From assembly GCA_051294905.1 (NCBI GenBank), contig CM119372.1:29266001-29330000 (forward strand): DNA of 64,000 nt, read 5' to 3'. Under the pieces are notes generated by a model that did not search any database, was not told the DNA's origin, and saw nothing but the letters and a program-made list of their open reading frames with translations. Shown here piece by piece: positions 13,274-25,287 of the stretch. The number at the start of each line of letters is the position of its first letter. The stretch's first letter is position 1. The stretch is from Botryllus schlosseri (lineage: Eukaryota). The position numbers were made by a program, and so were the translations under genes.

Positions 13274-14115
13274 CAGGGGTGGCCGACCTGCGCTCCTGCG
13301 GCCGCATGAGGTCGCACAAGGTAATTTGTGCTGCCGTGGACACGCAATTCAATTAGTATGTGTTCGCGGCCGTCGACACGAAAATTAAATTGACGACTTA
13401 TCTCCTGAAATTTTGAGGGATTTTAGTTCTTTTTGATGTTTACTTCGCGCTACGCGCGATTTAATGCGACTTCATTTTTCAATGTTAGTATAGGAACGCC
13501 CTTTGCCATATGCGTCCCACAGAACAGGTGAGAATAGCAAAGGAACGTGATGTGCGCTGTATGGAAATACCAACTCGGAGTCGTGTGCTCCTCACGAACG
13601 AAAGCTGTTTCTGGTACCTTTGGGTCATTCCAATATCTTTCCACTACCGACAATCCTGATGGGAGGTCAGGAAATTACAGCATGCAACAAATTGACTAAT
13701 AACAGTTGGCCCACCCAACATGCATCATGAATTTATCATCTATGACTTGTCCAACACCCCATCCACCAACTCTACCGGTGAATCTGATCACAAGGACTAG
13801 AACGGATAAATGTTAACTATCGTAATATGTGAAACTACTAACATTAAATACGAAATTGATTCGTTAATCTGATATTTTTTAGCGCTTCGCGCAACTATCT
13901 GTTACCATAACGTGGCAACTTGCTATTACGGTATGTATGGTAGGTCCATATCAATGAATAGATTAGTCCAGAGCTCACAGGAAATGGACATGGACATTTT
14001 AACATGGCTATTGGGCGTCCAGCTAGTTCATAAGAAGTATACTATGGAATGCGGCCGTAGACCACATGAGTAATCGAAATGCGGCCGTGAATAGCATAAG
14101 AGTTGCCCACCCCTG
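13274..14115. mobile_element. hAT MITE
   Basis: CAGGGGTGGCC ... GCCCACCCCTG. Perfect TSD GCCTAGAT. Confidence 0.85.
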
Positions 14116-14421
14116 GCCTAGATAAACCTCTAATTCTTAGGAAATGATTCTGGTGTCAATCTCGGTCGGACTTGAACCATGGATCCGTATGTTCTCCAGT
14201 GGTGCAACATACCGCGTCATTACTCGCCAATATGTGCCGCGAACTATTTTCTCTTTGAGGGTGCCGTGAGGTCGAAAAAGTTAAGAACCACATCTTAACG
14301 ATTGAATTATATGTATGCCACCTGGAATCTGACATAATTATACTCTCTACAGTGTAATTACAAGCGAATAATATACATTAGAGACGTAGGCTACACATGA
14401 AAATAAATTAGTTTTACGCAC

Positions 14422-14516
14422 CTCCCCTCCTGCGGCATTCCTTCCACTCGAATTATTTGTCCAGGAACCATAGGAGGAAGGCCCATCAAAAATGGATTCG
14501 GCAGTTCCAAGTCCGA
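14422..14516 (-). CDS. Galectin CRD2 first exon (SDLELPNPFLMGLPPMVPGQIIRVEGMPQEG)
   Basis: catcgtag acceptor, AG|gtgcgt donor, 95 nt, phase 0->2. PxPF...PGxxIxVxGxP motif. Confidence 0.87.
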
Positions 14517-14638
14517 CTACGATGATGTAATAGTATTGTTAAAAGTAGAAATTGAAAGCATCTCGATTTGATGTGTAATAAAATATTTGACCACACACAC
14601 ACACACACTACTTTTTGATAAAGTTTGATCAGGTAGAT

Positions 14639-15372
14639 CAGTGGTTCCCAACCTTTTTGGGATGCAGGAGCCGCATTTCAAACTTCGGAGTACCTATGGA
14701 GCCGCAAGAAAACACTCGAGTAGGCTACTTTTACCGAAAATTTAATGGTAGCTATAGTCTACCTCTGGATCTCATCATCGAGTAAAGTAAAAAGCATGCA
14801 TATTGCACATACAACGTCTATAGATTCTGTATCGGTTATTTTAGCATTGATAGACGCAGATTGGCGAGTGCTATACATTGAAATAAACTGAAAATGCATA
14901 TCATTACTGCAACATACTATTATGTCATTTTGCGATAGTTCTTCAACTTCATGCATTCCTGCACTTAATGCACTAGTTTGCCGGGATTATATGTTAAGTA
15001 ATATTGCCATTTATAATTGACTATATGGACCGTTATTTTGATGTTAGTAAAACAGTGTCGCAATTTATTCTTCACAGAGACGATGTGTAAAGGTCTATGA
15101 CCAGTAAAACTCAAAATATATCCTTGTCTGACGGGTATTCATCCATGTGATTGACGCTAGTCTGCAAGAATTCTCTTTCCCAGTTTTCAGAAGCGGCCTT
15201 GGGCGGCTTTAGACAAACTAATATCCCTCATTTAAGCATTCATATACAAAAGTTGACTATAACTATTCATAGAAACAAACAGCAACTGTCGTGTATTATA
15301 TTTTTGTGGCATATTTAGAGGTTAATCAGAGCGGCAGGGAGGCTACCTTGGAGCCGCGGTTGGTAACCACTG
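14639..15372. mobile_element. hAT MITE
   Basis: CAGTGGTTCCCAACC / GGTTGGTAACCACTG. TSD AGGTAGAT / ATGCAGAT. GGAGCCGC motifs. Confidence 0.7.
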
Positions 15373-15773
15373 ATGCAGATTGTAGATTACAATGTATTTA
15401 TTGAGCTATGGATTCACCGCATCGAATAAGGAGGACAATATTTGCCATAGTGTGTGGATTATATGGAACTCTTCCGAAAGACGATATGAAACCCAGCATG
15501 ACCATTGAGTTAAAACGTTCGAGTCGTCTTATGAGTCTGGACATGATTTCTAATGGTTTGACCAATGTTGTAACTCGGATAAACAAGTTTGCGCAGACGA
15601 AATAGTTGCTTTTATCACATCGATTGCGTTTGTTTTCTTGCTATTCATTATTGGTGCTATGGTATAGCACCAGATCTCTGATGTTGTGTCATCATTGAAA
15701 GAATATCGGATACTCCGTCCAACTTCTCAGCTGCATACCTCACAAGTATCATCCTGTCTATACTGGTGTGAAT

Positions 15774-17232
15774 CAGAGTTGGATCAATTGTAATTTGTAA
15801 TTGTAATTGAATGTAATAATTACATTTTTCAATGTAATTGTAATGTAATTGTAATTGAAGCATTTTTATTTTGTGTCATTGTAATTGTAATTGTAATTTG
15901 ACAAAAATTTTGCTCAATTACAATTTCAATTACATTAAATTGCTATTGAGACCTGACAAGCACAACATAAAATAATTGACTTATAATGCATTCTCTTTAA
16001 ATGTCGACAAGGAATTTGATGGATCCATTTGCGGAAGCCCTTGACTGCGCCCTTGCGGTCGAATTTTTTATTGATTTTTACCGCTATGCTGGCCTCGGCT
16101 GCCATTGTCTACAATTATTAGATTACTAACCAACGGATGGATTCTCAACACGTGACTCACGATTGAATACGCCGAGAAGCGAACTGCTGAGCCGGCTAAA
16201 AGCAGCAGAATTGATAGTCCCATAGCTGGCGATCCAAGCGTCAAAATTTGATATGTATGGTCCTAATCGGAAGCTAGTGTCGCACTGATTCCGCAATAAA
16301 AGTATATTTCCAGGCAATGGTACCATCCCAAAATAGTCGTGAAAGTCTGGGAATCGGCATTGTTCTGAACAATCGCTGGGCGTAATTGGTCATTGTTGTG
16401 GTCATGCTGCTGCGGCGCTCTCACTTTTCAAAACAGTCGGCCTTAAACGGCTATTTTGGAGCAGATACATTGCCCTGACGAGATTTTAATTTGTATTTTC
16501 GGAATTAGTGCATCGATAGCGTACGATAAAGACCAGATGCATCAAATTTAGACGCTTGGATCGCCAGCTCTAGGACTACAAGGTTTGCTGCTTTTAGCCG
16601 GCTCTGCAGTACGTTTATCGGTGCATTCATCCGTGACTCACATCTTGCGCATCTATCCGTGGGTTGGCAATCTACAATACGATTTCAGATCACGATGCTG
16701 CATCGTTACTTCGTCTGGCTAACTAACCAGATCACTGGATATTATATAACGTCTTATCTGACAAAGCACGGTTTTGTTTTTACTCCTCATCCTAATTCCT
16801 ACGTCCCTCGATAAAAATGATATTATTTCTTTAATTATATACTATATATGCAAATCCAACACTTGCATATATTATAATACTTTTTTCAACGACATACTGC
16901 ATATAGTTCGAAAACGTTTTTTCTTTTTATTAATTACGGGGTATTTGCGCATCATGAATGAAACATGAATACTTAAATTGTTGTTAATTACGACGCTACG
17001 GTTGTCAAGGAGCACGGTTGAATTTATGATTATTCAATTACATGTTCAACAGCAGCAATTGTAATTGTAATTGTAATGTAATTGAAGCATGCAAGTAGTA
17101 ATTGTAATTGTAATTGTAATTTGATATTTTTAGCATGGAGTAATTGTAATTGTAATGTAATTGAAAGATGCATGAAAGTAATTGTAATTGTAATTGTAAT
17201 TGAACTGAAATAATGTAATTGATCCAACTCTG
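15774..17232. mobile_element. hAT element with (GTAATT)n subterminal arrays
   Basis: TIR CAGAGTTGGATCAATT / AATTGATCCAACTCTG. Perfect TSD GTGTGAAT. Confidence 0.9.
16119..16674. mobile_element. Foldback (long-TIR) MITE nested in 15774-17232
   Basis: ~220-bp imperfect inverted arms, e.g. gagccggctaaaagcagc / gctgcttttagccggctc and gctggcgatccaagcgtc / gacgcttggatcgccagc. TA at both ends. Confidence 0.7.
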
Positions 17233-17375
17233 GTGTGAATACGATCAAGTCTACGTGAAGCATGATCATTAGAGGCGCGTCGGAATGACAGGGGAGAATC
17301 GCCGACAGTTGTAAACAAACAATATATAGAAAAATTGCCCAAAATATAAGGGAACAATGAGTTTTGATATCATAC

Positions 17376-17504
17376 TTGAGGCTGTAGCTCTGAATCCAAA
17401 CCGACCGCGGATAAAACTACTTTCCCATCAATGAGGATATTCGTGATCTCTTCGTAGCTCATGCAATACGGAAATTCATAGACGACGTGACGATTGACAG
17501 TGAT
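17376..17504 (-). CDS. Galectin CRD1 third exon (ITVNRHVVYEFPY...ILIDGKVVLSAV...)
   Basis: gtcacag acceptor, CAA|gtatga donor, 129 nt, phase 0->0. Matches the VxVNG...F...IxIxGxV C-terminal strands. Confidence 0.85.
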
Positions 17505-18275
17505 CTGTGACCGAAAAATAGTTATGTAAATGGATGAAATTACTGTTATATACATATATGATCAAACAAATATGATAATATATCAGTATAGTGGAGATAC
17601 ATATTTTTATAATATACGCATTGTGTAAAGAAGGCTTTCGTGGTGACACAATTCAGTGTGACACAATTCAATAGAAATTTGCGTTTAACTATGTTGAACG
17701 CATCCGATTGAGAGAAATGCAACATTAATATTTATATTCTTTATTCACAGTAAAACTGGCAAATGCACACATAATCCGGGGAACAACCTGCCCCCAAAGG
17801 AAAATGGCAAGATTGGAGTAAATATTTAAAATTTCACTAAGGCAGTCAAATTATTATTCCTATGCAATGCATAACGGTCAGATTACAGAATTGCGGTGGA
17901 TGAAGAATTGGCAAGAGTTGCAGAGCAGAGATAGAGATGATTGAAAACGAAAAATAGAAAATACAGAAATTATGCTGTAATTTTCGAGTACAAGTAGCCT
18001 ACACGCGCACATGTGCAATTTTACTCCTAGGCTTACATGTAATCGTGAATAATCGTGATTAAGGTTCCATAGTAATCGAAATCGACTACTTCAAGATTTC
18101 GTAATCGCGCCATTAAGAAGTAATCGAAATCACAATCGTCTACATTGATGAAGTAATCACCCAATGCCAGGTACAGTGTACAAGAGTTGCTATATAGCAC
18201 TCTCGCAACCCTGCTCATTGAAATGGTACGCCTAATGCTAACACAAAATAATCCTGAATAACGTATTGCACCAAC

Positions 18276-18471
18276 CACGAATGCCTTTTCTTCACAGGCA
18301 ACACCAATGTTGAATGCTTTTCCGACTTCGAATGGGAAATCCTCGGTTATTCGCCGCTCTTGTTTACACGATCCACCCAAACGCGAATACATTACTACTT
18401 GCTCCTTTGCAAATATCGGATTAAAGTGGATAGCAATATTTTGCTCATCATCCATCAAATCGATTTCGAAG
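18276..18471 (-). CDS. Galectin CRD1 core exon (FEIDL...IAIHFNPIF...FPFEVGKAFNIGVACEEKAFV)
   Basis: tattacag acceptor, 196 nt, phase 2->0. IAxHFNP and FPFxxG motifs. Donor gttggt chosen by alignment with the other two core exons. Confidence 0.88.
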
Positions 18472-20185
18472 CTGTAATATAAGTATTGAATAGAAACTTC
18501 AGTAGTACGTTCATGGTCTATTTGTTAGATGAGTTGAAAAAATAACACACAACGTCGAAAACAGGGGTAGCCTAATTAGCCATCTTAGATGCGCATGTAT
18601 ATTTCCACTACGTAAAAAGTGAAGTAGAAGAAGTAGGCTACCTCTTCCGTAATGACAGTTGATGTAAAATGTTGATAAGCACAACAGAAGCTGGTGAGGT
18701 GATTAAATCACCTTTTCCTCGACTTTCACCCTGTTTGCAAAATCTTTACGGAAACTTGAAATTGTTCAAGCTCCCAAGAGTCCGAACAAAAAATGCTGAA
18801 ATGTCCGGGATTTTGAAGGCTTTTTTTTTAAATAAATTAACGTAAACGATATTATTCAGGGGCAGATTGCTACATGACATTTTCGTGCAGTACGTGGCAA
18901 ACGCGATTCGCGCGTGTGTTAGGTAGCCTCTCTCTCTGTATGTGAAGAGTCTTTTGGGGGGTCAGAACTTTAATATAAATTTTAAATATATCGTGTAAGT
19001 TATGAATATATTATTAAAATGCATATTCAACCCCCATTGCCATAAACGTTTTCACTGCTATACTTGTGAGTGAGGCTTCTTGGCCGGGTCACACCAAAAA
19101 CGCATAAACTGGTATCACCGGCTATCCTGCTAGGAGCCCATCATTCACGGATAGCATGAGGAGAAAAACATTAGGGCAGTATCGCATCTCCGTCGTCAAA
19201 GTGTAATGATGACGCAGGCGAAAAATAACATCGACTCCCTCTCCCGCTCTCTCTCTTTCTTTCTCTCTCGTTTTTCTCTCTCTCGATCCCTATCTATTTT
19301 GTGACATCCTGTCCTTACTATTATAGTCAAACGATATTGAAATCGCCAAACGTACTAAACTAAAAGACGCAGACATATTAACTACTAGATATTTCTTCAC
19401 TGGTGTCGTCATGCCGTAATGGCACGCCGAAATAGCTGTTTCTATAAATCATGCGTATTTTTCCTAGTGGGAGGTTATCCAATAATCAGAACACCCAGCT
19501 AAATTTTATCGCGCCTAGTGCGAAAAGAATTTGAGAAATGTTCCATAAATTTTCCAAAAACACTGCATAATTTATGTTCATTCACGAAATAATTTTGAGT
19601 CCCCTTCGAGCTTCTCGGCAGTTACGGGCGAGGTAGTTACGGTCCTGGTGAAGAGGTAAAGCCATCTTTTTAGTTGGGTTTAGGTGGCCTGGTTTATGGA
19701 ACATAATTTCTGACAGCAATATGAGATACATACCCAGTGAAATATAGACTCACGGCAGAGGCTGAAAGAGCGCCAATTCCGAAAGACCGAATTTTGAAGC
19801 TAGCAAGAGAACAAGGCAATTATACTGAGCTACACACAACCTGGAGTGCAGCAACCAAGACCATCTCGATAATATGTCTTAATAGAACATAATTATCTTG
19901 GGGTTTTAAAAGTGGCATGTTTATCATTGTTTCAAATACTGACATTGAATAAACATCATGTCTGGTAAATTTATCCTCACATCCACTTGGCAGTTTGTTT
20001 TAAGAACTTTCAATTTTAAAATGAAATTAATTTGCTTCATAATATAGTTTAATCGCTTCGCTCGGTCCGCTAACATATTCCCTGTCTCTCATCGGGTCCG
20101 TCGGAAAGAATATTAGGCCACCCCTGTGCTGATGAGTGACCGTTAGCTGGAAAACGCAAATCAGGTGATCAAAAGGTAATTTCTG

Positions 20186-20971
20186 CAGGATTGTAATGAC
20201 TCGAGTGATGACTCGACTCGAGTCCCGATTTTCTGATGACTCGACTTGACACGAGTCATTTTCTCAAAATACGGAAATGACTCGACTCGACTCGAGTCAA
20301 TCTGTGCATTGACTCGACTTGGACTTGGACACAGAAGAAGAAGAATAGAATAGACCAAATCCAAAGATATTCGTATTATATATTTTGAGTATTATGTCAC
20401 TTGTACATGACGGATTTGTATTGCCCTTTTGGCCTTTTCTCTTTTCCTCCGTTTTTATTGAAAATTCCGACCTGAGTGTGTCACGTACTTGTACTTGTTA
20501 CTGATGGTTTACTATTTTGAGAAATTATCTATAGAAATTATTTCCTATTTAATTTTTTGATGAAGGTATGCTGTATGATACAATCATCATTTCATTTACG
20601 ATGCATTGCTTCATGGATCGCCGTATGCTTGACACCTATGTTGTATAGGTATGATAAAGAAGCATATTGGACTGGTTCATGGGTATAGATTTGAATGTAA
20701 CATTTTTGCATCATTTTTTTTCTGGTCCGCAAGCGAATATAGTGTTTGAATTTGATCTCCGAGCCAAATTCAGTTTAATATATTTGGTTGACACCGATGC
20801 GTTTCATGTTTCTAGGATCGTTGCCGAGAAAAGAGAAAGCGATTCTCACATCATCTCATCGCGGAATTTGGTGACTAGAGTTGGGCAAAATCGAGTGATC
20901 GAGTGATTCGATATCGAATGAGAGTGTAGTAGGCTTCGAGTCGAGTCGAGTATCATTCATTACAACGCCAG
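20186..20971. mobile_element. Degraded hAT element with (GACTC/GAGTC)n arrays
   Basis: CAGGATTGTAATGACTCGAG start, related to the 22870 and 49225 family. Right end and TSD decayed. Confidence 0.6.
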
Positions 20972-21514
20972 AATAGTATGAATGATATCGACATTTCCAA
21001 TTAGTACCTTTTAGGTGGCAAAAGGAAAATATTGCCAATTTTATATCATATGAGTAGGGCGATTTTTTTTTGACCTAAAAAACGGAAGATTTTGACCTAA
21101 AAAATCTAAATTTTGACTTTTTTTGACCTAAAAAAATGAAATTTGACCAAATTTTGACCTCACGTATGCAAATTAGGTGTTGTCGCACATACTGTTAAAA
21201 TTGTACTACTTATCTTCATTTCTGGTTGGAACTGTCTGTCCTTACAAAGTAGATTGGCCTGAAAAAACGTTTTTGGCTCAAAAACTGAGAAAGTTTTACA
21301 TGAAAATTTTTTATTTTACGAAATGTGGCCCTATGAAGAATACTGGTAGTTACATGACGTATTATGGTGGAAATAATTAAAATTTGTTGTCGTACAACGA
21401 AAGATACTTTCCTATACATTCTCGGGTAGAAAGTGTCTGTCCTTACTAAGTAGTTTGCCAAGAATGCTGCTGGTGACACACCGTGTTGCTTCATTCTGAC
21501 AATGTTGTCTATAT

Positions 21515-23866
21515 CAGTGGTTCTCAACCTTTTTCACCTCGCGGACCGGTAAAATTTTAAAAAATATTTCGCGGACCGGTGGACTTTCAGAAATTGAAAT
21601 CAACCCAAAATGTAGAGTATGAAGCCGTTTTTTGCAAGTATATGGTGCTAGAGAGTGACATTTCAGGGTTTTGATCGTAATTAATTACGTTCATGATGGT
21701 ATCCATGAGATTTTTCGGTAGTGAGTCTGCTGCGTCAAGGTAAAATTGCCTCTCCCAGATAAACGTGCTATACCTCGGAGAGTCATTTACAGTCTTTCGC
21801 CCCGTATGCCCTGGATTTAACCGACCATGTCAACTCGAATAATATTATTCTCTTCGACAATATCGTGAGAAGAAGTGTTTGGGATTCGAACCAAGCACCT
21901 TGTCGTGCTACCTTGCTGAATGCTGATTGCTCACTACCACCAGACGTAACCTACTCTGGCTACTACGGATACAATGCGCCGCACGAAAAAACCTGGCAAA
22001 AACAGCTATACCTAGCCAATGGCCATACACAAAACCAGTGCCGAAAAGGCACTTCGTCAGTCAACCCCCCCGGAAAACGTTAGTCTTGGGCCCCAAAGCT
22101 AGACGGATGCTCTCACCACTGCGTGAGAGCACGTCCGTTCTACTAAGTGCCGGCAGAGAGTCTACGTTGCCTATCGCTAGAAGCGTGGAAATTTTCTATA
22201 AGTCATGACCGAATCCGTCAATAATATTGGTAATTGCGTACATATTGCTATATTTTAATTTATCCTATCAGAATCAGATTCTCCGGTAGAGCTGAGTGAG
22301 GTGTCGTCTTGGAAAATTTATGGCATCTAATCAAATTAAACATATTCGGGCTGGACTGTTGCAATAATTACTTTGTTGCATGTCATTAATTCATGACCTA
22401 CTGTCTGTTATATGGTGAATAGATATTGAAATCGCCCAAGCGTACTAAGCTGAAAGAAGCACACGATTCCAAATTGTTATTTCTTCACTGGAAAATAACT
22501 TTCTCTGTGGGATGGCGTTTTTCCTGTGGGGTACAGATTGCCAGTACAGGGAAATTCGGCTCCAGTCATTTAGGTGCCTATGGACAATTTGACCTGGGCC
22601 TATTTATATCGCTGTTTGGTCTACAAAGGAAAGTCATTTTCGGCCAAGATTTTGTCGCTGCCAAATGTTTGGCACACTTTTCGCAGTCCTGTATTAGCCC
22701 AAACTTCATCATGCATTGGTGCGTCGTGGCGCGGCAATGGCTGACGCCGAAAATGCCTGATCACTCGATATCCAATTTATTTAGTGACACCAAATCGGAC
22801 AAAGTGTGAAATTTTGTTTTTAACAGTTGTATAAAGTTTCTACTAAAATAATCTTTCGTTTATGTTCATCAGGGTTGTAACCGAGTCACAAGACTCCGAG
22901 TCACAAGTCAATCTGCTTTTTATAGTTTTGACTCGAGTCAAGTCGAGTCATTTCAATTCACCACCGAGTCAAGTCCGAGTCCAAGTCAGCGAGCAGAGGG
23001 TCGAGTCCGAATCATGGAATTATGACTCGAGTCCAAGTCCAAGTCATTGTATAGACTGCTCAGTTTCCAGTTAAAGTCTTGGTAAACCCACTTTTATTAA
23101 CTTTGTTTGGTGATATCGAATGATTCGCATTTATAATATACCAAATTACCAATGTTCCTCACTTTTAGCAGTTTCTGGTCGCATATTCAAGTACCAGTAC
23201 CAAGAGACGAAATCCCAATAGTGTGTTGGCTTTGGAATTACAATGAAATGCCGGTCCTGGCCGTCTGAGTGTCGAGTCAATGACTTGGATCGAGTCATGC
23301 GCAATGACTCGAGTCCAAGTCGAGTCAATACACATATTGACTCGAGTCGAGTCGAGTCATTTCCGTAATTTGGAAAAAATGACTAGAGTCAAGTCGAGTC
23401 ATCAGAAATTCGTGACTCGAGTCGGACTCGAGTCGAGTCATGACTTGAGTCATTACAACCCTGATGTTCATTCACGAAATAACTTTGGGCTCCTTCAAGC
23501 TCGGCCCCTATCAATTAGGGGTTGCAGTGTGGCAGTTATTATAGTTACTATACTGCACAAAATGAATGAATGGAAAACGAATCATCGTGCAAACTGCGCA
23601 TTTTAGCAAGTAAGCCTGTTCTGGTCGCCCACATGTCGTCAAATGACACGGCTTGAACTTCAAGTCAAATGTTTCCAGACCTAATGCTACCTCACGACGT
23701 TCTCAATCAGTTTAAATTTTAATGCTTTATTGATTTTATCAATGGACAAGCCTTCAACATATTGCACCTTGAAATTAAGGTATAAAATTGTAGAATGCCT
23801 GGCGGACCGGCAGTAAAGTCGTCGCGGACCGGCACCAGTCCGCGGACCGGCGGTTGAGAACCACTG
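21515..23866 (+). mobile_element. hAT element nested in 21055-24235
   Basis: CAGTGGTTCTCAACC / GGTTGAGAACCACTG. Perfect TSD GTCTATAT. GCGGACCGG motifs. Second copy at 53165-53925. Confidence 0.88.
22870..23463 (+). mobile_element. hAT MITE with (GAGTC)n arrays
   Basis: CAGGGTTGTAA / TTACAACCCTG. Perfect TSD ATGTTCAT. Same family as 49225-49727. Confidence 0.9.
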
Positions 23867-24535
23867 GTCTATATCACAATATTTCGGCTTGTGCTTCTTG
23901 ATATAAGAACCATGCAATGTCCAAGCAGTCTTGCTTCAGTTACGATATTGCGGTACGTTGACCATAAAACCATGTCACCATTTGTTTCATTTGACCGTTT
24001 ATGATTCACAATGAGCCAGCGATGGGCCGTTTACAACGGTAGGCCTATAAAGTAGGCTACAAGCTGTAAAATATCAAATGATAAAGTTCACCGACAGCAC
24101 AAAATCTACGATACAAACGAAATGCAGAGGTCAAAAAATGTTTGACTTTGTAAACAATTTTGACAAATATTGACCTAACGCTACAATTTTGACCTAATTT
24201 TGACTTTTTTTGACATGTCAAAAAAAATCGCCCTACATATGAGATAATTTGGTATTTTCCAACCATGCATTGTATACTTCATTTGAAGTTTTAACAATGC
24301 TGTGGGTTGACCACGACTTCACAGAAAGGCCATTTGCACCCACGTGTGTAGGTTTTGTGTCAAGCAGTAGTGAGTTTTCCTCAAAACCACTATGATCAAG
24401 GTTGCAATATACTAATTAGCGAGGAAATTGTGCAATCCACATCTGCCCCATAAAATCAGTAGCTCACGGCATATCAGCAAATATAGTAGCTAGTTTTGAA
24501 TTTCAATAAAGTGTATACGAGTTTAAATTACGAAC

Positions 24536-24615
24536 CTTTCTCCGGTCGGGATCCCATCAATGTAGATTTTACGTCCTGGCTTAATGGCGTCTGTCGCAAT
24601 AGATAGTGGGACCAG
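24536..24615 (-). CDS. Galectin CRD1 first exon (LVPLSIATDAIKPGRKIYIDGIPTGE)
   Basis: ttttcacaacag acceptor, AG|gttcgt donor, 80 nt, phase 0->2. KPGxxIxIxGxP galectin motif. Confidence 0.85.
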
Positions 24616-25263
24616 CTGTTGTGAAAATAAGATGATGCACTTTCCGATTGGTACAGAGTACAATCATTAAATTATAAAATTGGAATTGGAAAATACAGAA
24701 CAACATTTATCAGCTGTAAGATATACGAACATATGATCAAAGTTTCGATTACTGGTACTGAGTACAAGTAGAAGTTGTGCCAAATGTACTACTGAATTAC
24801 AAGTGTGGAAGTACCAATTTTGGGACATGTCAAAACTACTTCTGGTACAAATACGACACGTCGTAGAGGTATTTACCTAAATAATTACACGAAGATCGAG
24901 ATGAGGTGCCACATACTTTTCTCTGTCGTGCGCTAGGGCAACTTTCATATTTGCTTTTTAAGCTACGCCTGCGGGATTCATACAAAATGAAAATAGGCGA
25001 GATTCTCTGGGTTACGATCTGTTACTGTCAAGCAGGGTCTGTTTCACCAATGTGTCATATGGCGATTTCATTCATGAAACGAATTCGAATCTATATGCAA
25101 CTTTGTTCTACTTGACGACAGTAGACACGTGAGTGAGAATAAAAGAATTAGACAAAGCCAAATTGGGTGTAAGTGAAAGCACTTTGTCGCCGAGTAGGTC
25201 CTACCACTGGAGCTACAATATTGAAAGATATTAATAAACAACCGAACACATAAAATACCATAC

Positions 25264-25287
25264 CGGTTCGAAGATTGTAGCAGCCAT
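25264..25287 (-). CDS. Galectin coding exon 1 (start; MAATIFEP)
   Basis: ATG preceded by in-frame TGA/TAA. Donor CCG|gtatgg, phase 0. Acceptor tttcttcag 32 nt upstream (exon top 25319). Joins the next exon to give IFEP|LVPL, resembling the galectin N-terminal IYNPxVPF strand. Confidence 0.7.

Larger units (their letters stand above)
21055..24235. mobile_element. hAT element with (TTTGACC)n subterminal arrays, outer layer of a second nest
   Basis: TIR TAGGGCGATTTTTTTTTGAC / GTCAAAAAAAATCGCCCTA. Perfect TSD CATATGAG. Confidence 0.88.

Noticed and set aside
17030..17357. ORFs with ITITIT/LQLQ/NYNY runs (similar cases at 42108, 44266, 58033, 59273)
   Set aside because: Hexamer microsatellite arrays read in different frames.
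24917..24968. 52-nt exon-like segment in the first galectin coding intron
   Set aside because: Inclusion gives an immediate stop and a frameshift, and its own ATG is out of phase with the next exon.
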